Assembly (NCBI GenBank): GCA_043803685.1
Contig: JAZDJU010000040.1
Coordinates: 23,997 to 87,996 of the forward strand
Origin: Candidatus Omnitrophota bacterium
GTDB taxonomy: Bacteria > Omnitrophota > Omnitrophia > Omnitrophales > Aquincolibacteriaceae
Reading direction: 5' to 3'
DNA length: 64,000 nucleotides
Each line of letters starts with the position of its first letter. The stretch's first letter is position 1. The notes below the pieces were generated by a model. The model was given only the letters and a program-made list of their open reading frames with translations, was not told the origin of the DNA and searched no databases. Shown here piece by piece: positions 18,493-26,267 of the stretch. The position numbers and the translations under genes were made by a program.

Positions 18493-18632
18493 AATTTTCC
18501 AGTGGGCTGAAGAATTTGTACTGAATTAGTCGGCGGGCCGACGAATTGAGGGGGCAAGGCCTCCCGGGCAGTTCGAGGCCTCATATCATATATGATATGA
18601 GGCGATTTAGTCGCTGGCGACCAAATTGACCA
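18493..18632. repeat. Third palindrome module (three 24-mers, 32-nt linker, 26-nt palindrome)
   Basis: 24-mers at 18493, 18524, 18604; linker 18548-18579; GCCTCATATCATATATGATATGAGGC 18578-18603 identical to 17864-17889. Confidence 0.85.
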
Positions 18633-18729
18633 GGAAATTATAGGCCCGAGACTTCGGTAAAAGGAAATACGTAGGGCGTCCAGTGGCAGGCCGCCTACTT
18701 TTGAACGCTAACACTGAGGAGAAAATCAG

Positions 18730-18912
18730 ATGAAAGAATATATTAATGGATTGGAGAAAGCGATAAACGACGAAAATGAACATCTTAACTTAATCAATCG
18801 ATGTGAAAAAAAGGGGATACAAGGCTTTGATTATGAGGTGTTGCGTCGTCGAATTAAAGAGAACATATCCTTGTATCAAAGGTTGAAAAAACAAACAGAG
18901 AGCTCCTCTTAA
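18730..18912 (+). CDS. Hypothetical protein (60 aa)
   Basis: GAGGAG RBS; AT-rich ORF just upstream of zinc-finger gene. Confidence 0.5.
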   Translation: MKEYINGLEKAINDENEHLNLINRCEKKGIQGFDYEVLRRRIKENISLYQRLKKQTESSS

Positions 18913-18920
18913 GGATCTTT

Positions 18921-19733
18921 ATGGGCTTATTTCTTTTTGATGCGTTTAAATGCTTTTACAGCGGGGGGGTTGGTCCATTTTCAGTTAGAACATTGCATGA
19001 TATCAAATCCTCTCGCTGTTGTTTATGTGGAAGTAAGGTTTACCCAACCGAGCTATTGGGGAATGCATGGATAAAGCAAAATGATGAATATAAAATCTTA
19101 TGCTATCGATGCAGAGGGCTAGAAGGTAAATTTAATAGCGCAAAATTGAGTGGAGAAGTAGTCCTTTCAACAGCAAAAGTGGCGGCAGAAATTATTCGTT
19201 CAAGGTGCCATAAATGCAATCGCAAGATAGATGCAAACTCTGTTATTCAAGGAATAAGGTCAGGCGGCTCACATGTAACAGTGCATTGCGAAGAATGCCA
19301 GTTTTGGCCTTTTCCGAACTCAACGAGATTTAGTTGCGGAGAATGTGGAGCTTTGAACACACATCGCGACGAGGGCAGCTGGGAGGATGAGAAATGCTGG
19401 AGTTGCAATCTATCACATAAAGAGCAATGGTTTTATAACTTGCCTTGCGAAGATGAAACCATGTATCTAGAAAAAGAATGTCCCAATTGCGATAGAGAAA
19501 ATCCTCAAAAAAATTGTTCCGTATGTAAGGGGGGTGGAATTTTAGTTGCGAGCCAAGAAATACCAGAATGGATTTCTTATCTAAAAAAGAAAAAAGGATA
19601 TACGCAAAAGAATTTAGCGATATTGTTAGATGCTTCCGAGGATTTAATAAATGATATCATGGCCAAAAAAGCAAAACTAACGCATGGCCAACTTCAGAAG
19701 CTATACGTCGATATTGAGAAAGAATCTTCTTAA
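18921..19733 (+). CDS. Multi-CxxC zinc-finger protein with C-terminal XRE-like HTH
   Basis: Eight CxxC motifs; C-terminal LKKKKGYTQKNLAILLDASEDLINDI. Confidence 0.65.
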   Translation: MGLFLFDAFKCFYSGGVGPFSVRTLHDIKSSRCCLCGSKVYPTELLGNAWIKQNDEYKILCYRCRGLEGKFNSAKLSGEVVLSTAKVAAEIIRSRCHKCNRKIDANSVIQGIRSGGSHVTVHCEECQFWPFPNSTRFSCGECGALNTHRDEGSWEDEKCWSCNLSHKEQWFYNLPCEDETMYLEKECPNCDRENPQKNCSVCKGGGILVASQEIPEWISYLKKKKGYTQKNLAILLDASEDLINDIMAKKAKLTHGQLQKLYVDIEKESS

Positions 19734-19829
19734 CCGTAGTAACGTTAATAGCCGAGCAGTGTTTGGCGAAGAGCAATAAAAAGGAATTTTGGCTATAGTC
19801 TGTGGTCTGCAGTCTAAGCGGAGCGAAAT

Positions 19830-21323
19830 ATGAATTACGAACCTGTGATTGGACTTGAGGTCCACGTACAACTGAAGACGAAGAGCAAGCTCTTCTGCTC
19901 ATGCTCCACGGAATTTGGGGCGGGGGGGAACGAGCATACGTGCCCGGTGTGTCTGGGGTGGCCGGGGTCGTTGCCGGTCTTAAACGAAGCGGCCTTGAAG
20001 CTCGGGATCCGCGTCGGGCTCGCGCTTAATTGCAAGGTGGCGGAGCGGCTCAAATTCGACCGGAAGAATTATTTCTATCCCGACCTTCCCAAGGCGTATC
20101 AGATCTCGCAATTCGACATGCCGGTGAATGGCAAAGGTTTCCTCGATATCGAAACGCGAGCCAAGAGCCAAGGGCCACGGGCCACGAAGAACGAAGAACA
20201 AAACGTGGGGCGTGGGTCGTGGGACGTGGAACGAAAGAGGATCGGTATCACTCGCGCGCACCTGGAAGAGGACGCGGGGAAGCTTCTCCATGAAGGCATC
20301 GCGGACGGGAGCCTCGTGGATTACAACCGTGGCGGCATTCCGCTCCTCGAGATCGTTTCCGAGCCGGACCTTGGCAGTCCGCAGGAGGCCTATGATTACC
20401 TCACGGCGCTCAAAGCCATTCTTCAATATCTGGAAGTGAGCGACTGCGATATGGAAAAGGGGAGCCTCCGCTGTGACGCGAACGTGTCGGTGCGCCCCGT
20501 GAGTCAGGCCAAGCTTGGCACGAAAGTCGAGATCAAGAATCTGAATTCCTTCAAGATGGTGCACAAAGCCATTCAGTATGAGATCGAACGCCAGACCGAG
20601 GCGCTCGAACGCGGGGAAACCATTGTTCAGGAAACGCGGCTCTGGAATGACGGGAAAGGCACGACCTTTTCCATGCGTTCCAAGGAAGAAGCGCACGATT
20701 ACCGTTATTTCCCGGAGCCGGACCTTGTGCCGTTCACGCTCACGCGCGAAACCGTGGAAGAGATCCGCAAGACGCTGCCCGAGCTGCCGCTTGAGCGCGC
20801 GAAACGGTTCATCAAAGAATTTGGCATTCCGGAATACGACGCCTACGTGCTCGTGCAGGAAAAGAAAGTCGCGGCCTATTTCGAATCGTGTGTGCGCGAA
20901 GGGGCCGCGGCAAAGTCCGCGAGCAATTGGATCCAAACCGAGCTTTTGGCGCTACTTAACGCGAAAAATATCGCGATCGACCAATGTCTGGTTTCACCGC
21001 ACGCGCTCGCGGGACTCATTCGTCTTGTCGAGAAAGGGACGCTGAGCGGCAAGACCGCGAAGGATGTGCTTCAGGAAATGGCGGCGACGGGCAAGGCTGC
21101 GGACACAATCGTTCAGGAAAAAGGACTTACGCAGGTCTCGGACACGGGGTTGATCGAGAAAGCGGTCGAGAAGGCCATTGCCGCGAACCCGACCGCTGTC
21201 GCGGAATTCAAGGCCGGGAAGCAGAAGGCCCTCGGCGCGCTCGTCGGCGCGGTGATGAAAGAGACCGGCGGCAAGGCGAACCCGAAAATCGTGAATGAAA
21301 TTTTGATGAAGAAGTTGTCCTAA
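19830..21323 (+). CDS. gatB: Asp/Glu-tRNA amidotransferase subunit B, with repeat-derived loop insertion
   Basis: VIGLEVHVQL, RKNYFYPDLPK, HLEEDAGK, YRYFPEPDL. Confidence 0.96.
   Translation: MNYEPVIGLEVHVQLKTKSKLFCSCSTEFGAGGNEHTCPVCLGWPGSLPVLNEAALKLGIRVGLALNCKVAERLKFDRKNYFYPDLPKAYQISQFDMPVNGKGFLDIETRAKSQGPRATKNEEQNVGRGSWDVERKRIGITRAHLEEDAGKLLHEGIADGSLVDYNRGGIPLLEIVSEPDLGSPQEAYDYLTALKAILQYLEVSDCDMEKGSLRCDANVSVRPVSQAKLGTKVEIKNLNSFKMVHKAIQYEIERQTEALERGETIVQETRLWNDGKGTTFSMRSKEEAHDYRYFPEPDLVPFTLTRETVEEIRKTLPELPLERAKRFIKEFGIPEYDAYVLVQEKKVAAYFESCVREGAAAKSASNWIQTELLALLNAKNIAIDQCLVSPHALAGLIRLVEKGTLSGKTAKDVLQEMAATGKAADTIVQEKGLTQVSDTGLIEKAVEKAIAANPTAVAEFKAGKQKALGALVGAVMKETGGKANPKIVNEILMKKLS
20155..20232. 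repeat. CCACG/CGTGG 7-nt-periodic hairpin inserted in frame in gatB
   Basis: CGCGAGC CAAGAGC CAAGGGC CACGGGC CACGAAG ... CGTGGGG CGTGGGT CGTGGGA CGTGGAA. Confidence 0.8.
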
Positions 21324-21331
21324 CTGCCGGG

Positions 21332-21390
21332 ACACGTGCCACGATCCACGCACCACGAAATCCGTTTTTCGCGCCCCGTGGCCCATGGGA
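21332..21390. repeat. CCACG/CGTGG 7-nt-periodic element
   Basis: ACACGTG CCACGAT CCACGCA CCACGAA ... CGTGGCC CATGGGA. Confidence 0.7.
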
Positions 21391-21425
21391 ATGACAAGCG
21401 TTCAGTCTAAAACGCGGGAGAGAAC

Positions 21426-21731
21426 ATGACGGTCGTATTTGCTCAGCTGACGATGGTTTTCGCGGGCCTTGTTTTTTTGATGCTCGCCGGGTCTTTTTTC
21501 GCGAGGATCCGAAATCCCCAGGGAGGGAAGAAGCCCATCGCTTTGTTCTGTCTGGTGGAGTTCATGATCTTTGTTTGCGCGGTCATGTTCCTGATCTTTC
21601 GTAATGGGACCTCTGAAAGCGTTACGGCGCTCTTGATGCCCGCTTTGGGTCTGACCTTGATCGTGAGCCTTCCGGTCCTCGCGATCGTTTGGGCGACACA
21701 GAAAACGCCGCAAGCGAAGAAGAAAAAATAA
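21426..21731 (+). CDS. Hypothetical membrane protein (3 TM)
   Basis: GGGAG RBS; three hydrophobic segments, basic tail. Confidence 0.6.
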   Translation: MTVVFAQLTMVFAGLVFLMLAGSFFARIRNPQGGKKPIALFCLVEFMIFVCAVMFLIFRNGTSESVTALLMPALGLTLIVSLPVLAIVWATQKTPQAKKKK

Positions 21732-21796
21732 CAGGATGACGGTAAGCCAGAGAGTGCCCATGAAGTTCTTCCTCAGAAAATATTCTAAATTCGGGG

Positions 21797-21868
21797 GCAC
21801 GTGCCATGAGCCACGGGCCACGAAAAACGGCTTTCGTGGTGCGTGGTACGTGGCACGTGGCACGCGTA
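21797..21868. repeat. CCACG/CGTGG 7-nt-periodic element
   Basis: GCACGTG CCATGAG CCACGGG CCACGAA ... CGTGGTG CGTGGTA CGTGGCA CGTGGCA. Confidence 0.8.
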
Positions 21869-21875
21869 GGTCAGC

Positions 21876-22880
21876 ATGCTGACCCTCGGCATCGAAACCT
21901 CGTGCGACGAAACGTCGTGCTCCATTCTTCGCGGTAAAGACACGCTTCTTTCGAACGTCGTTTCCTCCAGTCTTTTCCGGCATAAGCAATTCGGCGGCGT
22001 CGTGCCCGAGATCGCGTCCCGGCATTGCATGGAGCAGATCCAATGCGTGTTCGAGGAAGCGCTTCAGGAAGCCAAGATCAAACCCAAAGACCTTGATCTT
22101 ATTGCCGTAACGCAGGGACCGGGGCTCATTGGTTCACTGCTGGTCGGCGTCGCGTTCGCCAAGGCGCTCGCTTACCAACTCGAAATTCCTCTCGTAGGTG
22201 TGAATCATATGGAAGGTCATCTCGTCGCGAACTTTCTCGGGCAAAAGGAACCCAAACGTTACGTGGGGCTTCTCGTCTCGGGCGGGCACACGATGCTCAC
22301 CTTCTGCGAAAAAGGAAAGATCCATATCCTGGGCGAGACGGTGGACGACGCCGTGGGCGAAGCCTATGACAAGGTCGCGAAGATCATGGGACTCAGTTAT
22401 CCCGGTGGGCCCATGCTCGACAAACTCGCGCGGCAGGGGAATCCTCGCGCAGTCCCGTTCACGCGGCCCAAACAGGATGAGCGTTTCGGCTTCAGTTTCA
22501 GCGGCGTGAAAACAGCCGTACTTTACAAGATGAAAGACCCGAAGACGGGAGCGCCGCTTCCGGACGCGCCGTCCGTGAAAGACATGGTGGCGAGTTTCCA
22601 ACATGCCGCGATCGGCTGGCTCGTCGAGAAGACGCTTGACGCCGCGGAGTTCAAAAAAGTTTCCGATGTCGTGGTGGGCGGAGGCGTGAGCGCGAATTCC
22701 TGGCTCCGCGAAAAACTAACGCGGGACGCCGCGGCCAAAGGCATCAAAGTCTGGCTTCCGCCGTTCGTCCTGAGCACGGACAACGCCGCGATGATCGCAC
22801 GCCGCGGGTTCGAGCTTTATCAAAACGGGAAACGGTCGAAACTAAATATGACCGGAGATCCTGCGCTGCAAATAAAATAA
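21876..22880 (+). CDS. tsaD: tRNA N6-adenosine threonylcarbamoyltransferase
   Basis: LGIETSCDET, GGVVPEIASRH, VNHMEGH, SGGHT, TDNAAMI. Confidence 0.96.
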   Translation: MLTLGIETSCDETSCSILRGKDTLLSNVVSSSLFRHKQFGGVVPEIASRHCMEQIQCVFEEALQEAKIKPKDLDLIAVTQGPGLIGSLLVGVAFAKALAYQLEIPLVGVNHMEGHLVANFLGQKEPKRYVGLLVSGGHTMLTFCEKGKIHILGETVDDAVGEAYDKVAKIMGLSYPGGPMLDKLARQGNPRAVPFTRPKQDERFGFSFSGVKTAVLYKMKDPKTGAPLPDAPSVKDMVASFQHAAIGWLVEKTLDAAEFKKVSDVVVGGGVSANSWLREKLTRDAAAKGIKVWLPPFVLSTDNAAMIARRGFELYQNGKRSKLNMTGDPALQIK

Positions 22881-22940
22881 GTGTCAGAGTTTCATGATAC
22901 GCTGACACTTTGATACGCGTTTTGATAGGGGAGGGTCCTT

Positions 22941-23414
22941 ATGTGTACTTTTTTTTCGTGGCTTACGCCGACGGATATCCAGTTCGCGGTCAAATTGTGC
23001 GTCGCGACATTGCTCGGCGCTTTGATCGGTCTCGAGCGGGAGGTTCACGGCAAAGAAGCCGGTTTCAAGACCTATTCGCTCGTGTGTCTGGGGTCGGCGC
23101 TCATGATGATCGTTTCTATTGACGTTTTTGAGATCTACAAGGGCGTCGCAGCCGTGGACCCGGGACGCATTGCAGCCCAGGCGGTGACCGGCATTGGATT
23201 CCTCGGCGCGGGTGCCATTATCCGTTCTTCGGAGGGAAGTATCAGAGGTTTGACGACGGCCGCCGGGATATGGTCCGCTTGCGCCATTGGATTGGCGTGC
23301 GGGTTGGGGCTTTACAAACAGGCGATCATGACCACGATCCTCGTGCTGGTGATCCTTGTGATCTTTTCCAAGCTTCAGAAAAGTATGCTCCACAAAAAGC
23401 ATCCTGGGCAGTGA
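22941..23414 (+). CDS. MgtC/SapB family membrane protein
   Basis: IGLERE..KEAG, DPGRIAAQ..GIGFLGAG, GLTTAA. Confidence 0.88.
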   Translation: MCTFFSWLTPTDIQFAVKLCVATLLGALIGLEREVHGKEAGFKTYSLVCLGSALMMIVSIDVFEIYKGVAAVDPGRIAAQAVTGIGFLGAGAIIRSSEGSIRGLTTAAGIWSACAIGLACGLGLYKQAIMTTILVLVILVIFSKLQKSMLHKKHPGQ

Positions 23415-23492
23415 CGGTCCCAATACTGATTATCCCGCTTTTTTCGGGATGGGCCGTCCAAACTACGATTTTTAAAATAATGAAAAGTTTGG
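23413..23492. repeat. Two-hairpin intergenic element (shared with 25628-25740)
   Basis: GGTCCCAATACTGAT ... GGGCCGTCCAAACT-N21-AGTTTGG. Confidence 0.65.
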
Positions 23493-23509
23493 CATCACAT
23501 TCTCTGGGA

Positions 23510-23538
23510 TTGACACTCGAGGGGCAAAAAGCTAGAAT
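23510..23538 (+). promoter_or_regulatory. Sigma70 promoter of hisG (near-leaderless)
   Basis: TTGACA(23510)-N17-TAGAAT(23533), 9 nt before ATG. Confidence 0.65.
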
Positions 23539-23547
23539 TCGCCCCCT

Positions 23548-24429
23548 ATGACATCCACAAACAAGCTTAAGATCGCGATACCCAAGGGAAGTCTCGAAGA
23601 GGCGACCTGTAATCTTTTCAAGCGGGCCGGCTACAAGATCAACGTCAGCTCCCGTTCCTACATTCCTTCCATCGACGACCCCGAGATCGAGGTCGTGCTC
23701 TTTCGTCCCCAGGAAATGTCGCGGTACGTTGAAGATGGTATTGTGGATTGCGGCCTGACGGGGCATGACTGGATCGTGGAGAACGATTCCGATATCGTGG
23801 AACTGTGTGAACTTCAATACTCCAAGCGCACCTCGAACCCCGTTCGCTGGGTCCTGGCCGTGCACGAGTCTTCGCCGTTCAAAAGCATCAAGGACCTGAA
23901 CGGGAAGAAGATCGTGACCGAGCTTGTGAGCGTCACGAAACGTTATCTTAAGAAGAACAAAGTGAACGCGGAAGTCGAATTTTCGTGGGGCGCCACGGAA
24001 GCCAAACCGCCGAAACTCGCGGATGCTATCGTGGAAGCGACCGAGACAGGGTCCAGTCTTCGCGCGAACAAACTCAAGATCATCGACACTGTCATCGTTT
24101 CTATCCCTAAGTTCATCGCGAACAAGCAGAGCGTGAAGAACCCCTGGAAAAAGCAGAAGATGGACAATCTGATGATGCTCCTCGAAGGCGCCATGCGCGC
24201 TCAGGAGAAGGTGGGCCTGAAGATGAACGTCGAGAAGAAGCACCTGCAAAGGGTCCTGAGCCTTCTTCCGGCCATGAAAAAACCGACCATCGCGAACCTG
24301 ACGGACAAGAACTGGCTCGATGTCGAGACCATTATTGACGAGTCCGTGGTCCGGGAATTGATCCCGGCGCTCAAGAAGGCCGGCGCGTCGGGCATTATCG
24401 AATATCCGCTCAATAAAGTGATTCCGTAA
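23548..24429 (+). CDS. hisG: ATP phosphoribosyltransferase (long form)
   Basis: [24 protein letters not shown]-terminal regulatory domain. Confidence 0.95.
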   Translation: MTSTNKLKIAIPKGSLEEATCNLFKRAGYKINVSSRSYIPSIDDPEIEVVLFRPQEMSRYVEDGIVDCGLTGHDWIVENDSDIVELCELQYSKRTSNPVRWVLAVHESSPFKSIKDLNGKKIVTELVSVTKRYLKKNKVNAEVEFSWGATEAKPPKLADAIVEATETGSSLRANKLKIIDTVIVSIPKFIANKQSVKNPWKKQKMDNLMMLLEGAMRAQEKVGLKMNVEKKHLQRVLSLLPAMKKPTIANLTDKNWLDVETIIDESVVRELIPALKKAGASGIIEYPLNKVIP

Positions 24430-24430
24430 A

Positions 24431-24500
24431 AGCAGGGATAGGCGGTAAGCGTAAAGCGTTAAGAGAACTTACCGCTTACCGCTTGACGCTTACAACTAAC
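24431..24500. repeat. 7-nt-periodic inverted-repeat element (TAAGCG/CGCTTA family)
   Basis: ATAGGCG GTAAGCG TAAAGCG TTAAGAG / CTTACCG CTTACCG CTTGACG CTTACAA. Confidence 0.7.
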
Positions 24501-24511
24501 TGGAGGCAACA

Positions 24512-24610
24512 ATGCCTTGGGCTCGTAAACAGCGCAAGAAGAAGATGAACAAGCATAAGCGCAAGAAGAAACTGCGCCGGAACCGCCACAAGAAAAAAGA
24601 CTGGTCCTAG
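24512..24610 (+). CDS. 32-aa basic protein, AURKAIP1/COX24 (bS22/mS38-like) small ribosomal protein
   Basis: MPWARKQRKKKMNKHKRKKKLRRNRHKKKDWS; GGAGG RBS at 24502; below the ORF-track cutoff. Confidence 0.8.
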   Translation: MPWARKQRKKKMNKHKRKKKLRRNRHKKKDWS

Positions 24611-24640
24611 CAAAGTGTCGCCTGGAAAGGCGACGCTTTG

Positions 24641-24710
24641 CGTGAAGGCGGGGAACGGTCAGCGGGAAGCGCATTCTTTGCGTTCCCCGTTCTCCGTTTC
24701 CCGTTTTTTT
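24641..24710. repeat. 7-nt-periodic inverted-repeat element (CGGGGAA/TTCCCCG family)
   Basis: CGGGGAA CGGTCAG CGGGAAG ... CGTTCCC CGTTCTC CGTTTCC CGTTTTT. Confidence 0.7.
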
Positions 24711-24749
24711 CTTTCCAATGGTTTTTCACAGACTGCCCGCAGGCTGAGT

Positions 24750-25628
24750 ATGAAAAAAATCACCCTTCAGAGTCCCGCGAAACTCAATCTCCACCTGCGC
24801 ATTCTTGGGAAACAGCCGGACGGGTATCACAAGCTTTTGACGCTTTTCCACCGCATTTCGCTCGTGGACACGATCGTGATCCGCAAACGTTCCGCGGGTT
24901 TCAAGCTCACGACGAACATTCCTTCGCTTGAGACCGGGGAAGGGAACCTCATTACCAAAGCCTACCGCGCGCTTCAGAAGAGATTCCCGGAGTTGGGCGG
25001 GGTTTCTGTGCGACTTACCAAGCGTATTCCTCTGGGGGCGGGGCTCGGCGGCGGTTCCAGCAATGCGGCGTTCTTTCTCTTGGGGATGAAAAGACTTTTC
25101 CGGCTCAAGCTTTCCACGAAGGAGCTCTTGGCCATGGGGAAGAAGCTCGGGGCCGATGTCCCGTTCTTCCTTCTCGAGGCACGGCAGGCGTTGGCCTGGG
25201 GGATCGGGGACAAGCTCGAAAAGACGCCGTGCCGTGCACGTCTCGGATTTCTCTTACTTGTAACAGACCAGGGGCTGAATACGCGAAAAGTCTATCAAAC
25301 GCTTGCCTGGAGCGGGCGGCCCCTTTCCTTGACAAAGGAAAGGCGTATTGCTAAAATCCTGCGCTCTTTTCTAGATAGAAAGAGGATCCGGGAAGCATCG
25401 ACGCTCGCGCAAAATGACCTGGAAACACCGGCCTTTCGCTTAATGCCGTCCGTTCCCAAAGCCATGTCGGTCCTCAAAGACCACGGCGCGCCTTTCGTTC
25501 TCATGAGTGGAAGCGGGGCCACGGTCTTCGTAGCATTCTCCAGCCGGAAAAAAGCTTTAGATTTATCGAAGAGATTGAAAGAAGTTCCCTTTCCTTTTCG
25601 CAAGGTGATTTGTCACTCATACGAGTAG
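24750..25628 (+). CDS. ispE: 4-diphosphocytidyl-2-C-methyl-D-erythritol kinase
   Basis: SPAKLNLHL, KRIPLGAGLGGGSSNAA, LGADVPFF, MSGSG. Confidence 0.95.
   Translation: MKKITLQSPAKLNLHLRILGKQPDGYHKLLTLFHRISLVDTIVIRKRSAGFKLTTNIPSLETGEGNLITKAYRALQKRFPELGGVSVRLTKRIPLGAGLGGGSSNAAFFLLGMKRLFRLKLSTKELLAMGKKLGADVPFFLLEARQALAWGIGDKLEKTPCRARLGFLLLVTDQGLNTRKVYQTLAWSGRPLSLTKERRIAKILRSFLDRKRIREASTLAQNDLETPAFRLMPSVPKAMSVLKDHGAPFVLMSGSGATVFVAFSSRKKALDLSKRLKEVPFPFRKVICHSYE
25329..25357 (+). promoter_or_regulatory. Internal sigma70 promoter within ispE, probably for tRNA-Gln
   Basis: TTGACA(25329)-N17-TAAAAT(25352) with TGn extended -10. Confidence 0.6.
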
Positions 25629-25740
25629 TCCCAATACTGATCAAATGAAGCGAATCGGTCCCAATACCGATCAATCAAAGCGTAGCTGAGATTGGGGCCG
25701 TCCAAACTTCCATCGTGGAAAAGAATAAAAAGTTTGGGCG
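25628..25740. repeat. Two-hairpin intergenic element with 30-nt tandem duplication
   Basis: GTCCCAATACTGATCAA / GTCCCAATACCGATCAA; GGGCCGTCCAAACT-N22-AGTTTGGGCG. Confidence 0.65.
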
Positions 25741-25822
25741 GAAATTGGGGCAATCCTTTCTCAGGCTTTTGATTCAAAGCACGGCTGGAAGAAGATCTTT
25801 AAGGACGGTTTTGTAAGTTTAT

Positions 25823-25931
25823 TGCCCGGTGGTGAAATGGTATCACACTGCCCTTTTCCGCCTGAGGCGGATTCGTCCGCGAGGCGAATCCCCCGATGGA
25901 CGGATTCGCCTCTGGCGAAGGAGGCAAGATT
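25823..25931 (+). pseudogene. 5' part of a split tRNA-Gln (acceptor 5' strand, D arm, anticodon arm with 63-nt insert)
   Basis: TGCCCGG TG GTGA AATGGTA TCAC A CTGCC CTTT [63 nt, 25857-25919] GGA GGCAA GATT; no T arm follows. Confidence 0.85.
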
Positions 25932-25936
25932 TTTAA

Positions 25937-26173
25937 ATGTGGGTCTATGTTTTGGAAAGTCAAAAAGACAACCGTCATTACGTTGGCAGCGGTGAAGACG
26001 TCGAAGAAAGATTGCGGCGGCACAATTTAGGCGATTATCGCTATACTAAGGGTCATCGTCCGTGGATTGCGATTTACCGGGAGTTTTGCAAGTCTCGCTC
26101 GAAGGCTGTTAAGCGCGAACGGTTTTTGAAGTCAGGTGTCGGGCGAAAGTATTTGAAAACAGTTTTACAGTAG
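25937..26173 (+). CDS. Small GIY-YIG endonuclease (UPF0213/SLX1-like)
   Basis: WVYVLES..HYVGS..RLRRHN..YTK..RPW..AVKRERFLKSG. Confidence 0.9.
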   Translation: MWVYVLESQKDNRHYVGSGEDVEERLRRHNLGDYRYTKGHRPWIAIYREFCKSRSKAVKRERFLKSGVGRKYLKTVLQ

Positions 26174-26186
26174 CTTGATCAGTTAG

Positions 26187-26257
26187 TGCCCCGTGGTGAA
26201 ATGGTATCACACTGCCCTTTGGAGGCAAGGTTCCTGGTTCGAGCCCAGGCGGGGCAG
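26187..26257 (+). tRNA. tRNA-Gln (anticodon TTG), intact, CCA not encoded
   Basis: Acceptor TGCCCCG/CGGGGCA, D stem GTGA/TCAC, anticodon loop CTTTGGA, T arm CCTGG TTCGAGC CCAGG. Confidence 0.93.
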
Positions 26258-26267
26258 ATTTGAGCAT

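Noticed and set aside
17485..18632. CRISPR array or classical integron
   Set aside because: Units are variable palindromes with irregular spacing, there are no clear RYYYAAC/GTTRRRY attC ends, and no intI or cas gene is in the window.
25857..25919. Group I or group II intron in tRNA
   Set aside because: 63 nt is too short for a catalytic core, and the insert ends in A rather than the terminal G of group I introns.
26193..26267. Coding start of the 195-aa ORF
   Set aside because: It overlaps the intact tRNA-Gln; start reassigned to 26268.
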